The translations under genes and the position numbers were made by a program. Positions 29,043-38,606 of a stretch of 64,000 bases of DNA are shown in pieces. Position 1 is the stretch's first letter. Every line of letters starts with the position of its first letter. The stretch is from Candidatus Methylomirabilales bacterium (lineage in GTDB: Bacteria > Methylomirabilota > Methylomirabilia > Methylomirabilales > CSP1-5). The stretch spans positions 1 through 64,000 of the forward strand of contig JBHIAH010000002.1 in the NCBI GenBank assembly GCA_046758505.1, written 5' to 3'. Below the pieces are notes generated by a model. The model searched no databases. It was not told the DNA's origin and saw only the letters and a list, made by a program, of their open reading frames with translations.

Positions 29043-29876
29043 CTAGGGACGGGCTTCTTTGAGGTGGTGCTCGAGCACCCCTTCCGCCTCGCGCAAGGCC
29101 CCCAGACGCAGCTGAGTCAGCCCGGCCTCGTGAAGCCGTCGGAGATCAAGATTTCCCACCACCTCGCCGGCGAACGGACTCCCCCCGAGCCCGAGGAGCG
29201 CCGCGTCCAATCCATCGGCCCCGGCGTCGACGGCCGCCCGGGCGTTGTCGATACCCGAGCCCCCTTCGTGCAGGTGAACCCGCAGGAAGGGGTGGGAAAA
29301 GGCATCCCGCACCGCCCGCACCCGGCGGTAGATCCCCCCGGCTTCGGCTGCCCCGGTCGTATCGGCTAACCCGAGTTCAGAAACCCCGAGGGCTAGAACC
29401 CGTTCGGCCCAGTGGAGGAGACTCTCAATCGGGGTTTCACCTTCAAAGAGACAGTGCCAGGAATTGGACAGGACCACCGCCAGATGAACCCCATCGGTGT
29501 TGGCCTCGGCGGCCATCTTCGTGATGTCGGCCCAGGTCTCTTCCTGCGAGTGCCCGCTGTTCCGCCGGTGGTACGTCGGACTGATCGCCAGGACCATCTC
29601 CAACCGGTCCATCCCCACCGCCCGGGCCCGCTCGTACCCCCTGTGGTTCGCGATGAGGGCGCTCTTGGTCCCCGGCAAGGGCCGCAAGGCCTCCCAGAGC
29701 GCCTCGGCGTCGCGAAGCTGCGGGAGGCGTTTGGGCGAGACAAAGGAGGTGACCTGGGCCTCCTCGATCCCGGCCGCGAGGAGCGCTCGATACACCTCGA
29801 CTTTGGCGGCGGTGGGCAGGACCACCGGCCGGCTCTGCAGCACGTCACGCAGGGTCACGTCACGGATACGGGCCAT
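29043..29876 (-). CDS. Hydroxymethylglutaryl-CoA lyase-like protein
   Basis: DVTLRD, TSFVSPK, LADTTG, HLHE, GLGGSPFA. Confidence 0.88.
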   Translation of the reverse strand: MARIRDVTLRDVLQSRPVVLPTAAKVEVYRALLAAGIEEAQVTSFVSPKRLPQLRDAEALWEALRPLPGTKSALIANHRGYERARAVGMDRLEMVLAISPTYHRRNSGHSQEETWADITKMAAEANTDGVHLAVVLSNSWHCLFEGETPIESLLHWAERVLALGVSELGLADTTGAAEAGGIYRRVRAVRDAFSHPFLRVHLHEGGSGIDNARAAVDAGADGLDAALLGLGGSPFAGEVVGNLDLRRLHEAGLTQLRLGALREAEGVLEHHLKEARP

Positions 29877-29984
29877 GTCACCGATCCTCCGTCTCTCAGG
29901 CGCCCCAGAAGCCGGCACATTGTCCCTCACCTACATCGCCCCCGTCACCCCGCTCCACGAGACCCCCTCCCCTCGCCACTCGCC

Positions 29985-30383
29985 TCAGCGGAGGCCACGG
30001 AGGGCCAGGAGCGACGCGGCCGCGAGGGCACCGGTCGAGATGATGACGCCGAAAAGGAAAATCTGGGAGGCAGGCCCCTCGCGGTACGGCCCGGGGGCAA
30101 GAACCTCCGGCAGGTGGATCACCACCGCGCCGATGCACCACACGAGACCGAGAGCAAGGTGCGCCAGATGCCCCACCCTGTTCTGACGGGCCGAGAGCGC
30201 GAGGCCGAGGGCCTGGCCCGCATACGCTACCGCCAGGCCCACGGCCATCGCGGTGTTGTTAAGACCCAGGCGGGCCGCCTCACCGTGCAGGAAGTCCTCG
30301 GCGGCATGGGGAACGGTAAAGAGAAAACTCAGAACCGAAAGCCCGATGAGCCACTGGACGGTCCGGGGCAACGGGACCGCCAT
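29985..30383 (-). CDS. Four-TM membrane protein
   Basis: Four hydrophobic helices; TGATG overlap with the upstream SDR gene. Confidence 0.75.
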   Translation of the reverse strand: MAVPLPRTVQWLIGLSVLSFLFTVPHAAEDFLHGEAARLGLNNTAMAVGLAVAYAGQALGLALSARQNRVGHLAHLALGLVWCIGAVVIHLPEVLAPGPYREGPASQIFLFGVIISTGALAAASLLALRGLR

Positions 30384-31117
30384 CAGATGCCCCATGCCCC
30401 GCTCACATGAATATTGGCCCCGTTGACATAGCCGGCTTCGTCGGAAAGGAGAAAGGCGACCACGGCCACGGCATCGTCAACCGTCCCCACGGTGCCGGCG
30501 GGGATCCTCTTCTCCATTGCCTTGAGCTCCTCCGCGGGGGCGCTTCCCGAGGCGATGAAGCCAGGCGAGATCGCATTGACCGTGATGCGGTGGGGCGCCA
30601 GGACCCGGGCCAGCGTTCGCGTCAGGATGAGCACCCCGGCCTTGGCGATATAGTGTGCCGTGATTTGCGGCTGCGCGACGAGCTGATCGGCATTCGCCAT
30701 GCCAAAGGTGATGATGCGGCCCCACTTTCGCTCGATCATGCCGGGGGCGGCGAGCCGGCTGAGGTAAAAGACCGGATGCAGGTTATTGCCGAACATCGCG
30801 TGCCAGCCCTCGAGGGTCTCCTCGAGCAAGGGGACTCGGTGGTAGGGACCCGCGCAGTTGATCAAGGCATCAATCCGCCCCCAGGTCTTCTCCACCTGCC
30901 GGATCAAGCCCAACGCAGCCTCGGGGTCAGAGACGTCGGCTCGGACCGCCAGGCCCTGGCCCCCCTTTTTCCGGATCGCCTCGACCGTCTCCTGCGCCTC
31001 CCGCTCACTTTCGCGATAGCAGATGGCAACGGACCAATCGGATTCGGCAATCCTGAGCGCGATGGCCCGCCCGATCCCACGAGCCCCCCCCGTGATCAGG
31101 GCTACCCGTTCCTTCAT
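30383..31117 (-). CDS. SDR-family oxidoreductase
   Basis: TGGARGIG, LINCAG, VNAISPG, YVNGANI. Confidence 0.92.
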   Translation of the reverse strand: MKERVALITGGARGIGRAIALRIAESDWSVAICYRESEREAQETVEAIRKKGGQGLAVRADVSDPEAALGLIRQVEKTWGRIDALINCAGPYHRVPLLEETLEGWHAMFGNNLHPVFYLSRLAAPGMIERKWGRIITFGMANADQLVAQPQITAHYIAKAGVLILTRTLARVLAPHRITVNAISPGFIASGSAPAEELKAMEKRIPAGTVGTVDDAVAVVAFLLSDEAGYVNGANIHVSGAWGI

Positions 31118-31230
31118 CCCGGATTCGCTCCGACCCCTGCGCACCCGTCTCCTCCCCGCAGCATTCCCGCCGCCCTTCGTCCCTCGACTATACGGGACCA
31201 ACTAGAGAAGTGTCAAACGAGAGCCTTACC

Positions 31231-31379
31231 GCTGTCAGCAATCAGCGGTCCGCGGTCGGCATCTTTAAAGCTGGCAACCATCAGCCATCAGCAACGATAT
31301 AGCAGTCAGCTGTCGGCTGCCAGCTGTCAGCACGGGGAAAAGCTCGTTGCTGATTGCCGACTGCTGACTGCTGACAGCC
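31231..31379. repeat. Inverted heptamer repeat array (TCAGC../GCTGAC..)
   Basis: TCAGCAA, TCAGCCA and CAGCTGT units, then the complementary TGCTGAC units. Confidence 0.75.
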
Positions 31380-32072
31380 TCACAACGGGGGGAGGAGGTC
31401 GGGAACCTCGAAGAGATCTTTGGCCTTCACGCAGTCGAGGGCGGGCCAGGCGCCGACCGGATCCAGGAGGATGGCATCGAGCTCGGCGCGACGCGCCCCC
31501 ACTACATCAAGGCTATAGAAGTCCCCGACATAGACCGCCTGTGCCGGGGCGACGCCGGTCTGCTCGAGGGCCCAATGAAAAATGCGGGGGTCCGGCTTTT
31601 CGATCCCCACGACACGCGAATCCACGACGACACTGAGGTGCTCCGTCAGGCCGGTTTCCGTGAGGAAGCTCTCGAGCCGGCCATCGGAATTCGAGATGAC
31701 CCCAACGAGGTAGCCCCGCCCCGTGAGTTCCGCCAGGACCTCTCTGGCCCCGGGCATCGCCCGTCCCCGCCAGAGGCTCCGGCGCCGGTTGATCTCTTGG
31801 AGCGCCCTGAGGGCACGCTCCGCCTCTCTGCCCCAGGGGACCCCCAGCTCCTCGCAGGTGTACTGCATATACCGGGCAAAGACGGCGGGGGATTCCCGCA
31901 CCTCGGCCTGGGCCAGAAACGGGTCGAGCTTGACCCGCGCCCGACACTCCGCCATCCGGACCTCCTCCGCCCCCACCGGGAAGCCCTCCCGCGTCAGCGC
32001 ATCGACAATGGCGGCATAGTCGAGGCTGAGGAGGGTGTTCCCGGCATCGAAGAAGACGGCCTTCAGCGTCAC
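31380..32072 (-). CDS. HAD-superfamily hydrolase
   Basis: FFDAGNTL, ISNSDG, EKPDPRIF, YVGD...DVVGA. Confidence 0.93.
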   Translation of the reverse strand: MTLKAVFFDAGNTLLSLDYAAIVDALTREGFPVGAEEVRMAECRARVKLDPFLAQAEVRESPAVFARYMQYTCEELGVPWGREAERALRALQEINRRRSLWRGRAMPGAREVLAELTGRGYLVGVISNSDGRLESFLTETGLTEHLSVVVDSRVVGIEKPDPRIFHWALEQTGVAPAQAVYVGDFYSLDVVGARRAELDAILLDPVGAWPALDCVKAKDLFEVPDLLPPL

Positions 32073-33019
32073 CCCTGCCCCCCCATTGCGACATCATAGA
32101 GCTCTCGGGCGAGGGCGGCGATCGCCCCAGCCCCCTCGACCCCCGCGTGCCAGCCAGCGGGAACGCCCGCAAGTCCGGCCCGGGCGCCACTCCAGGCCCC
32201 GGTGATCGCGCCGGCCGTATCAGTATCGCCGCCGCCCCGGACGGCCGCCGTGACCGCACGCGCAAAGTCATCCGGCGCATGGAAGAAGCAGAAGGCGGAC
32301 CGCGCCACGGTCTCCACGACGTACCCCCCGACTCCCAAGGCCTCGCTTGCCTGCAGGGGATTGGCCCCGCGTTCCAACAGTTCCCGGCTCCGGTGCAAGT
32401 TTTCGGCCACCCGACTGCCGGCCACAAACTCCCCCATGGCCTGGAACAGTTCGTCTCCCGGCGACGCCCCGGCCACCAGGCGGGCGGCGAGAAAGGCCAC
32501 CGCCTGGCTTCCGGCAACGGCCTCGGCGTTCCGATGCGTGATCCCGGCGTCGAGGGCACACGCCTCCCGGAGCGCCGCCAGATCGTGGTGATAGAACAGC
32601 CCCAGGGGGGCAGCCCGCATGGCCGTCCCGTTCCCCGCGGCCTCCTCACCCTCCATCCCGCTGTTCCACCAGCCGGCCCCCGCCTCGAGGCGGCCCAGGG
32701 CCCTGCGGGTGGTCGCCCCGATCCCCCGGACGTCCTCGGACCGAAACCAGGCGAGATACTCCCGGGCGATGTCTTCGGGGTCGGCCCGGCCGCGGCGGAC
32801 GAGGCTCCTGGCGAGACAGAGACTCATCTGGGTATCGTCGGTCCACTGCCCCGCCCCGAGCCCCCGGTGGGCGCTTTCGTGCAGCCCCCCGACCTGATCC
32901 AGAACCGGGCCCACCACCCACGCGGGAAAGCCCTCGAAGGGCATCCCCAGTGCATCGCCGATGGCAAGGCCCAGGAGACAGCCCTGGAAGTGATCCACGA
33001 GGGACAGGATGGGGGGCAT
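32069..33019 (-). CDS. ADP-ribosylglycohydrolase family protein (DraG-like)
   Basis: GLAIGDALG, WTDDTQM, GNGTAMR, ITH, GGDTDT. Confidence 0.95.
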   Translation of the reverse strand: MPPILSLVDHFQGCLLGLAIGDALGMPFEGFPAWVVGPVLDQVGGLHESAHRGLGAGQWTDDTQMSLCLARSLVRRGRADPEDIAREYLAWFRSEDVRGIGATTRRALGRLEAGAGWWNSGMEGEEAAGNGTAMRAAPLGLFYHHDLAALREACALDAGITHRNAEAVAGSQAVAFLAARLVAGASPGDELFQAMGEFVAGSRVAENLHRSRELLERGANPLQASEALGVGGYVVETVARSAFCFFHAPDDFARAVTAAVRGGGDTDTAGAITGAWSGARAGLAGVPAGWHAGVEGAGAIAALARELYDVAMGGQG

Positions 33020-33044
33020 GGGGAACGATCCTTTACCGAGGATG

Positions 33045-33602
33045 TCAATCCTCGGGGGGGCGGGTCAGGGCGGCCAGGACCTGGGGGAAAATCTCCTCGG
33101 TCCGTTTCCGCAAGTCCTCAGGCCGCAGGTTGGCGATGGGGTGGGCAATGGCGATGACGGGGTATTGCGGCATCCCGAAGTTTCTGGCGTGATGACGGCC
33201 TGCCTCCTTGAATTGCTCGGTCACGATCGTTGCGGTGACCACTCCCCGTTTCTCCAACTCGATGGCGTCGTGCAAACTGCCCGACGTGCAGGAGCCTCAC
33301 CCGCCGACCGCCGTGACGACCAGCTCACACCGCTCCGCGAGCTCTTCGATCAGCTCGGGGGAGGCATTCTTCGTATAGGTGTCCTTCCGGCGCCGGACGA
33401 CCGCCGCATAGACAAAGCGCTCGCTCAGCAGCTCTTCGATCACCGCCAGGATCTCATCGGCCCGCTCTTTGCTGTTGTCCAAAAACCCGATCCGCCTACC
33501 GCTGAGTTCCCGGACCCGGGGGGCAAGGGGGTAGACCTCGGTCTCTTGCTCGGCCACCGGCTCGAGCAGGATCAATCCGGTCCCGCCGCTCTGAAATGCC
33601 AT
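33045..33602 (-). CDS. UGSC-family selenoprotein (in-frame UGA at 33297-33299)
   Basis: ORF 33297-33602 and ORF 33045-33275 are in frame and read VTAVGG-U-GSCTSGSLHDAIELEKRG through one UGA. Confidence 0.9.
33266..33286 (-). promoter_or_regulatory. Bacterial SECIS-like hairpin 1
   Basis: CGTCG-G-GCA-GTT-TGC-A-CGACG, starting 10 nt after the UGA. Confidence 0.7.
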
Positions 33603-33671
33603 GATCACCACCCTCCCCGCGTCGCGGTCCCTCGATTCCGGGACCGCCGTCCACCGTGCACGGGCACAGAA

Positions 33672-33688
33672 GCGGGCCACCGGCCCGC
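33672..33688 (-). promoter_or_regulatory. Bacterial SECIS-like hairpin 2
   Basis: GCGGGCC-GGT-GGCCCGC, starting 10 nt after the UGA at 33699-33701. Confidence 0.6.
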
Positions 33689-33689
33689 G

Positions 33690-34802
33690 TTAGGTCTCTC
33701 ACTGGCCGTCGCAACAGCCTCCGGATGCGTGCCCATGAATCACCTTGGTGACCGCGCGGGTCCCCAGCGCTCCCCAGCCGGGAATGACCAGCGAGAACCG
33801 CCCCGCGGTCCCCCCGGCCACGATCACCAGGAGATCTTCCGGGTCGTTGACGACGGGCATCGCGGCCGCGGGATCGTTCCGATCGATCCACCGCGGCCAG
33901 TACTTCTGCCAGGTGACATCCCCGTAATACTCTCCCCCTCTCGTGAGCTCGCCGACCGGCCTCCGGGCCTCTTGAAAGAGGAAGGCTTTCACGTCGTGCT
34001 TCCGCCACCCCTCGGCGGCGATCGTGGCGGCGTGCTCCGGGCCGATCACCACCGCCATCTCTCCCCGCTTGTACATGGTGTTGTTCCCCATGGTGGCCAT
34101 GGTGTCCCCCACCGTGGTGAGGATGCCGCGCACATCCCGGCTCGTGTGATCGCTGACGTTGTGGGGGGCTTCCGCGGCGAGGACGGTGACGGTACTCTGT
34201 TCCGGCGAAAACCCCCGTTCCACGTGGAGCGGCTCCCACGGAGAAACCTCCTCGCTCTCGGCGACGCAATACGTGAACTTGCCCGGATGTCCAAAGGTCG
34301 CCTTGTCGGTGATCCCCGGGAGCCCGCCGCCGATATTGATCATGCAGAGGCGGACGGCTCGCCCGATGGTGGCGTTGGCGCGAAAGCCCTGCCCGAAACA
34401 GTTCGCCCCGTCGTTGATCTCCAGGGCGCGGCGGACCGGGCCGTTGATAATGAGGAGCGGGGCGGCGACGTGCGTCGTAGCCTGCACCCCATTGAGATTA
34501 AAGTCCTCATCCGCGATCGCCTCGACGGCTGCGACTACCACGGGAAAATACGCGGCCTGACACCCGGCCATGACCGCGTTGATGGCGATCTTTTCCAGCG
34601 TGGCCTTCCCGTACCGGGGGGCCAGAATCCCCACGACCTCGCCCGGATCCCGGTCGAGCGTGGCGAGCATCGCTTCAACCCGCTCCTCGGTGGGGGGGAC
34701 AATGGGGAGGCCGTCCGTCCACCCGCGGGCAAAGAACAGCTCGATTGCCTCGAAGGGATCTGCCGCCTCGACGCGCCTCGACCTGAGCGCCACAGTCTGC
34801 AT
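33690..34802 (-). CDS. UGSC-associated protein, probably ending GGCCDGQ-U-ET
   Basis: GWTDGLPIVPPT, NAVMAGC, RANATIGRA motifs; the UGA is followed by GAG ACC TAA and a SECIS-like hairpin (conventional end would be 33699). Confidence 0.82.
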
Positions 34803-34864
34803 CCGGTCCTCCCCTCCTTTTTTTTAATTAATTATTGCCGATGTGCCCGATGAGAGTCCCTCTT

Positions 34865-34941
34865 AGGGTAGCCCCGAGACCGAAGCCTGTCAAGGCCCTT
34901 GCACAAGAACCTTGACACCCCTTTCTTCCGCCGCCTATATT
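34865..34941. promoter_or_regulatory. Back-to-back divergent sigma70-like promoters
   Basis: Minus strand TTGACA-17-TACCCT (34865-34893); plus strand TTGACA-18-TATATT (34912-34941). Confidence 0.6.
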
Positions 34942-34967
34942 CCGCCCATCCTCTGCGAGGTGCGGTC

Positions 34968-36230
34968 ATGAGCCTTCCACGCATGCTGTTTATCGAGACG
35001 CGCCGACGCGGGCCGGCCTGTCCGCATGCCGCCCGCGCCACCGAACGCGCCCTGAAAGACCTTGCCCTCGCGGAACGGATCCGTCCGGGGCAGCGGGTGG
35101 CGGTTACCGCCGGCAGCCGCGGCATCGCCGAGATCCCCACCATCATGAAAGCCGTCGCCGCCGGCCTTCGCCAGCTCAAGGCAGAGCCCTGCATCATCCC
35201 GGCCATGGGGAGCCACGGCGGGGGAACGGCCGAGGGTCAGCGCCAGGTCCTCGCGCTGTACGGGATTACGGAGGAGACGATGGGGGCACCCATCCTCTCC
35301 TCGATGGAGGTCAGCGAGGTCGGTCTCACCCCGGAGGGGATTCCCGTGTACCTCGACAAGCACGCCTCGGCGGCGGATGGGATCCTCGTGCTCAACCGCG
35401 TGAAGCCCCACACCGGGTTTGCCGGGAAGATCGGCAGCGGGCTGCTCAAGATGACGGCCTTCGGGCTCGGGAAGCACCGGGGGGCCCTCACGTGTCACGA
35501 GGCCGTCATGCAGTACGGGTACGAACGGGTCATCAGGGCCGTGAGTGCCGTGCTTCTCCAACGCGCCCCGATCGTGGGGGGGATTGCCATCCTGGAAAAC
35601 AGCGACGGAGGCCTCGCTAAGGTGGTCGCCGTACCGGTCGAGGCGTTGATCAGCGCAGAGGAACGGCTCTTTCGGCAGGCCAGCCGGTGGGCGCCGCGGC
35701 TCCCCTTCGATGCGCTCGACCTCCTGATTATCGACGAGATGGGAAAGGATGTCTCCGGGACCGGCATGGATACCAACGTGATTGGACGGCGATTCAGCCT
35801 GGTCGAAAAGCCTCCCCCGAGGCCCCGGATCGCCCGGATCTTTGTCCGGGGGCTCACGACAGGGACCCGCGGCAACGCCAACGGCATCGGGCTCGCCGAG
35901 TTCACCACCGAGCGCCTGGTGCGAGCGATGGACCGGGGGACCACCTACACCAACTCCCTGACGGCCCGGACCCCGGAACACTCCCGCCTCCCGATGGCCT
36001 TTGTCAGCGACCGGGAAGTTCTGGAGGCGGCGCTCAGAACCGTCCGGGAGGCCGACCCCACGAGCGCCCGGATTGTGCGGATCAAGAACACGCTCGAGCT
36101 CAAGACCATGGTGGTCTCCGAGCCCCTCCTGCCCGAGATCCGGCAGCGCCGGGATCTCGCCCTGCGCTCGGAACCTAAAGACATCCGTTTCGATGCCGAC
36201 GGGAATCTCCTCCCATGGCCCGTGACGTAA
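34968..36230 (+). CDS. LarA/lactate-racemase-domain (DUF362-like) protein
   Basis: VAVTAGSRGI, PAMGSHGG, NRVKPHT, GKDVSGTGMDTNVIGR. Confidence 0.85.
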   Translation: MSLPRMLFIETRRRGPACPHAARATERALKDLALAERIRPGQRVAVTAGSRGIAEIPTIMKAVAAGLRQLKAEPCIIPAMGSHGGGTAEGQRQVLALYGITEETMGAPILSSMEVSEVGLTPEGIPVYLDKHASAADGILVLNRVKPHTGFAGKIGSGLLKMTAFGLGKHRGALTCHEAVMQYGYERVIRAVSAVLLQRAPIVGGIAILENSDGGLAKVVAVPVEALISAEERLFRQASRWAPRLPFDALDLLIIDEMGKDVSGTGMDTNVIGRRFSLVEKPPPRPRIARIFVRGLTTGTRGNANGIGLAEFTTERLVRAMDRGTTYTNSLTARTPEHSRLPMAFVSDREVLEAALRTVREADPTSARIVRIKNTLELKTMVVSEPLLPEIRQRRDLALRSEPKDIRFDADGNLLPWPVT

Positions 36231-36238
36231 CCTCCCGC

Positions 36239-36934
36239 ATGGCGACATCCTCCATTCTGAGCTTCATCCTCACGCTTGCATGGCTGGGCCTGTCCGGCTG
36301 TTCCGCGATCAAGGGCACGTATGGAGTCACAAAGGGGACGGTGAAAGGGACGGTGTGGGCGGTCAAGGGAGCGTACACCCTCACGGCGGGCACCGCGAAA
36401 CTCACGTACAAGATTGGCAAATTTACTTTCACGGTGGTGCGGGCGCCACTGGAGTGGCGCCTGACGAATGATGATATCGAAACCATCGACGGCTTGCCGC
36501 CCAAAGAGGCCATACGCCAGGGACGGGTGAAAAACGCTCCGTACGCCGTCAAGGGGAGAACGTATTATCCGATGACCGTTGCACAGGCGCAGGATTATAC
36601 GGAGGTCGGGACGGCCTCCTGGTATGGTTACGAGACCCTACGGCAGAAAGGGGGCCGCATGACGGCCAACGGAGAAGCCTTCAACCCGAGGGGCCTGACC
36701 GCAGCCCATAAGTACTTACCGCTGCCGACGAACGTGATGGTCACCAACCTGGAAAACGGCCGCTCGATCATTGTCAGAGTGAACGACCGCGGCCCGTTCC
36801 CCAGCGCCGGGAATCCGAGGTCTGGCCAAAGGATCATCGACCTCAGCCAGGGGGCCGCCAAAAGGCTGGGCTTTTACAACAAGGGCACCGCCCGCGTCCG
36901 GGTGCAAACAATCCAGCTACGAGAGGTGGGATGA
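36239..36934 (+). CDS. rlpA: RlpA-family lytic transglycosylase lipoprotein
   Basis: LSGC lipobox, GTASWYG, TANGE, AAHK, VRVNDRGPF, IIDLS. Confidence 0.92.
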   Translation: MATSSILSFILTLAWLGLSGCSAIKGTYGVTKGTVKGTVWAVKGAYTLTAGTAKLTYKIGKFTFTVVRAPLEWRLTNDDIETIDGLPPKEAIRQGRVKNAPYAVKGRTYYPMTVAQAQDYTEVGTASWYGYETLRQKGGRMTANGEAFNPRGLTAAHKYLPLPTNVMVTNLENGRSIIVRVNDRGPFPSAGNPRSGQRIIDLSQGAAKRLGFYNKGTARVRVQTIQLREVG

Positions 36935-37296
36935 GGCCTTCAGGCGTCTCGGGGGTGACCCTCAATTCCCCCTTGACGATTAATTCAAACGACGTTAAAT
37001 TATGGAGCCTGGCATCCCAGCGTGGAGGCGCATGTCTGGCGGCCGATGACCGGCGGAGGGTGTGTGGGCCGTTCAGGCAGGCTTAGGGAATACCGATGTC
37101 CAATCCTTTTTCCAGTCCATTGGCATCCGGGCCATTGGCGCCCGTGGAATACGAGGGCAACTCTGACCATTTTTTAGAGGGGGTGAGAATGCTGGCGTGA
37201 TACGGGCAGGGCGTTCAGGACCTTTCCGGGACCTCCATCGGGTTTCGGAGAGCGCGTCGGTTTCGAACACTGTTATAGTTTAAGGAGGTACCACGC

Positions 37297-38541
37297 ATGT
37301 TCACACGACTCAAAAACGCTACCTGGTGGGCGCTCGGCGCCGTCGCGGTGGCCTGTATGGCGGTCGCGCCCGCCAGCGCCAAGGTCGTCGGCGACACCAT
37401 TGTTTTCGGGGCTGCCCTGTCGTTTAGCGGCAAGTACTCGACCAACGGCAAGCACGCCAAAAACGGCTACGAGCTCGCGGCCGAGCGCATCAACGGCATG
37501 GGCGGTGTCAAGGTCGGCGGCAAATACTACAACGTCAAGATCAAGTATTACGACGACGAGTCGACGCCGGCGCGCGGCGCCCAGCTCGCCGAACGCCTGA
37601 TTCTCCAGGACGAAATCAAGTTCATGCTGGGCCCGTACAGCTCGGGCCTGACCAAGGCCATCGCCCCGGTGACCGAGAAATACAAGATCCCGATGGTCGA
37701 AGGGAACGGCGCCTCGCGCGGCCTGTTCAACAAGGGCTACAAGTACATTTTCGCCGTCCTCTCGACCTCGGATTACTACCTGAAGGAGGCCATCAACCTG
37801 GCCGCCGAGGTCGCGCAGAAGGCCGGCAAGAGTCCCAAGAGTGTCAAGGTGGCGGTGGCCGTCGAGAACGATCCGTTCTCGCAGGATATCCGTGCCGGCG
37901 TCCTCGAGGACGCCAAGCGGTGGGGGATGCGGGTCGTAATCGACGACAAGCTCCCGCCGGAGCTGAACGACATGGCGGCAACGCTCACCAAGGTGAAGGC
38001 CCTCAGGCCCGACGTCCTGATCGTCTCGGGCCATTCCAAGGGCGCGACGCTCGCCATCCGCCAGGTCTCGGACATGAAAGTCGACGTGCCGATGCTCGCC
38101 ATTACCCACTGCGAGGCGGCCAAGGTGACCAAGAATTTCGGCCCAAAGGCCGACTATACGCTGTGCGCCGCCCAGTGGGCGCCACCCCTTACGTACAAGG
38201 ACAAGTGGTTCGGCTCGGCCGGCGACTACGCCAAGACGTTCGAGAAGAAGTACGGTTACGTGCCCCCGTACCAGGCGGCCGAGTCGACGGCGGCCGTGCT
38301 GGTCTACGCCGATGCCATCGAACGGGCGGGCTCGTTTAACCTCGAGAAAATCCGCACGGCGCTGGCCGCCACCGATATTCAGACGTTTTACGGCAACGTG
38401 AAGTTCGACAAGACCGGCAAGAATACCGCCAAGCCCATGGTGCTCCGCCAGATTCAGAACGGGAAGTACAAGGTGGTGGCACCGACCAAGTGGGCAAGTG
38501 GAAAGCTGATCCACCCGCGGCCCAAGTGGAGCCAGCGGTAA
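37297..38541 (+). CDS. Branched-chain amino-acid-type ABC transporter substrate-binding protein
   Basis: Signal peptide, INGMGGV, YDDES, LGPYSSG. Confidence 0.93.
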   Translation: MFTRLKNATWWALGAVAVACMAVAPASAKVVGDTIVFGAALSFSGKYSTNGKHAKNGYELAAERINGMGGVKVGGKYYNVKIKYYDDESTPARGAQLAERLILQDEIKFMLGPYSSGLTKAIAPVTEKYKIPMVEGNGASRGLFNKGYKYIFAVLSTSDYYLKEAINLAAEVAQKAGKSPKSVKVAVAVENDPFSQDIRAGVLEDAKRWGMRVVIDDKLPPELNDMAATLTKVKALRPDVLIVSGHSKGATLAIRQVSDMKVDVPMLAITHCEAAKVTKNFGPKADYTLCAAQWAPPLTYKDKWFGSAGDYAKTFEKKYGYVPPYQAAESTAAVLVYADAIERAGSFNLEKIRTALAATDIQTFYGNVKFDKTGKNTAKPMVLRQIQNGKYKVVAPTKWASGKLIHPRPKWSQR

Positions 38542-38606
38542 CCCTTTGACCCAGGCGCCCGCTCCTGTCGGTCCCAATTGCAGGGGTGGGCGCCGCTTTT
38601 ACGTGT

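Noticed and set aside
31231..31379. Possible CRISPR array
   Set aside because: Units are 7 bp with no unique spacers and there are no cas genes; no CRISPR array was seen anywhere in the window
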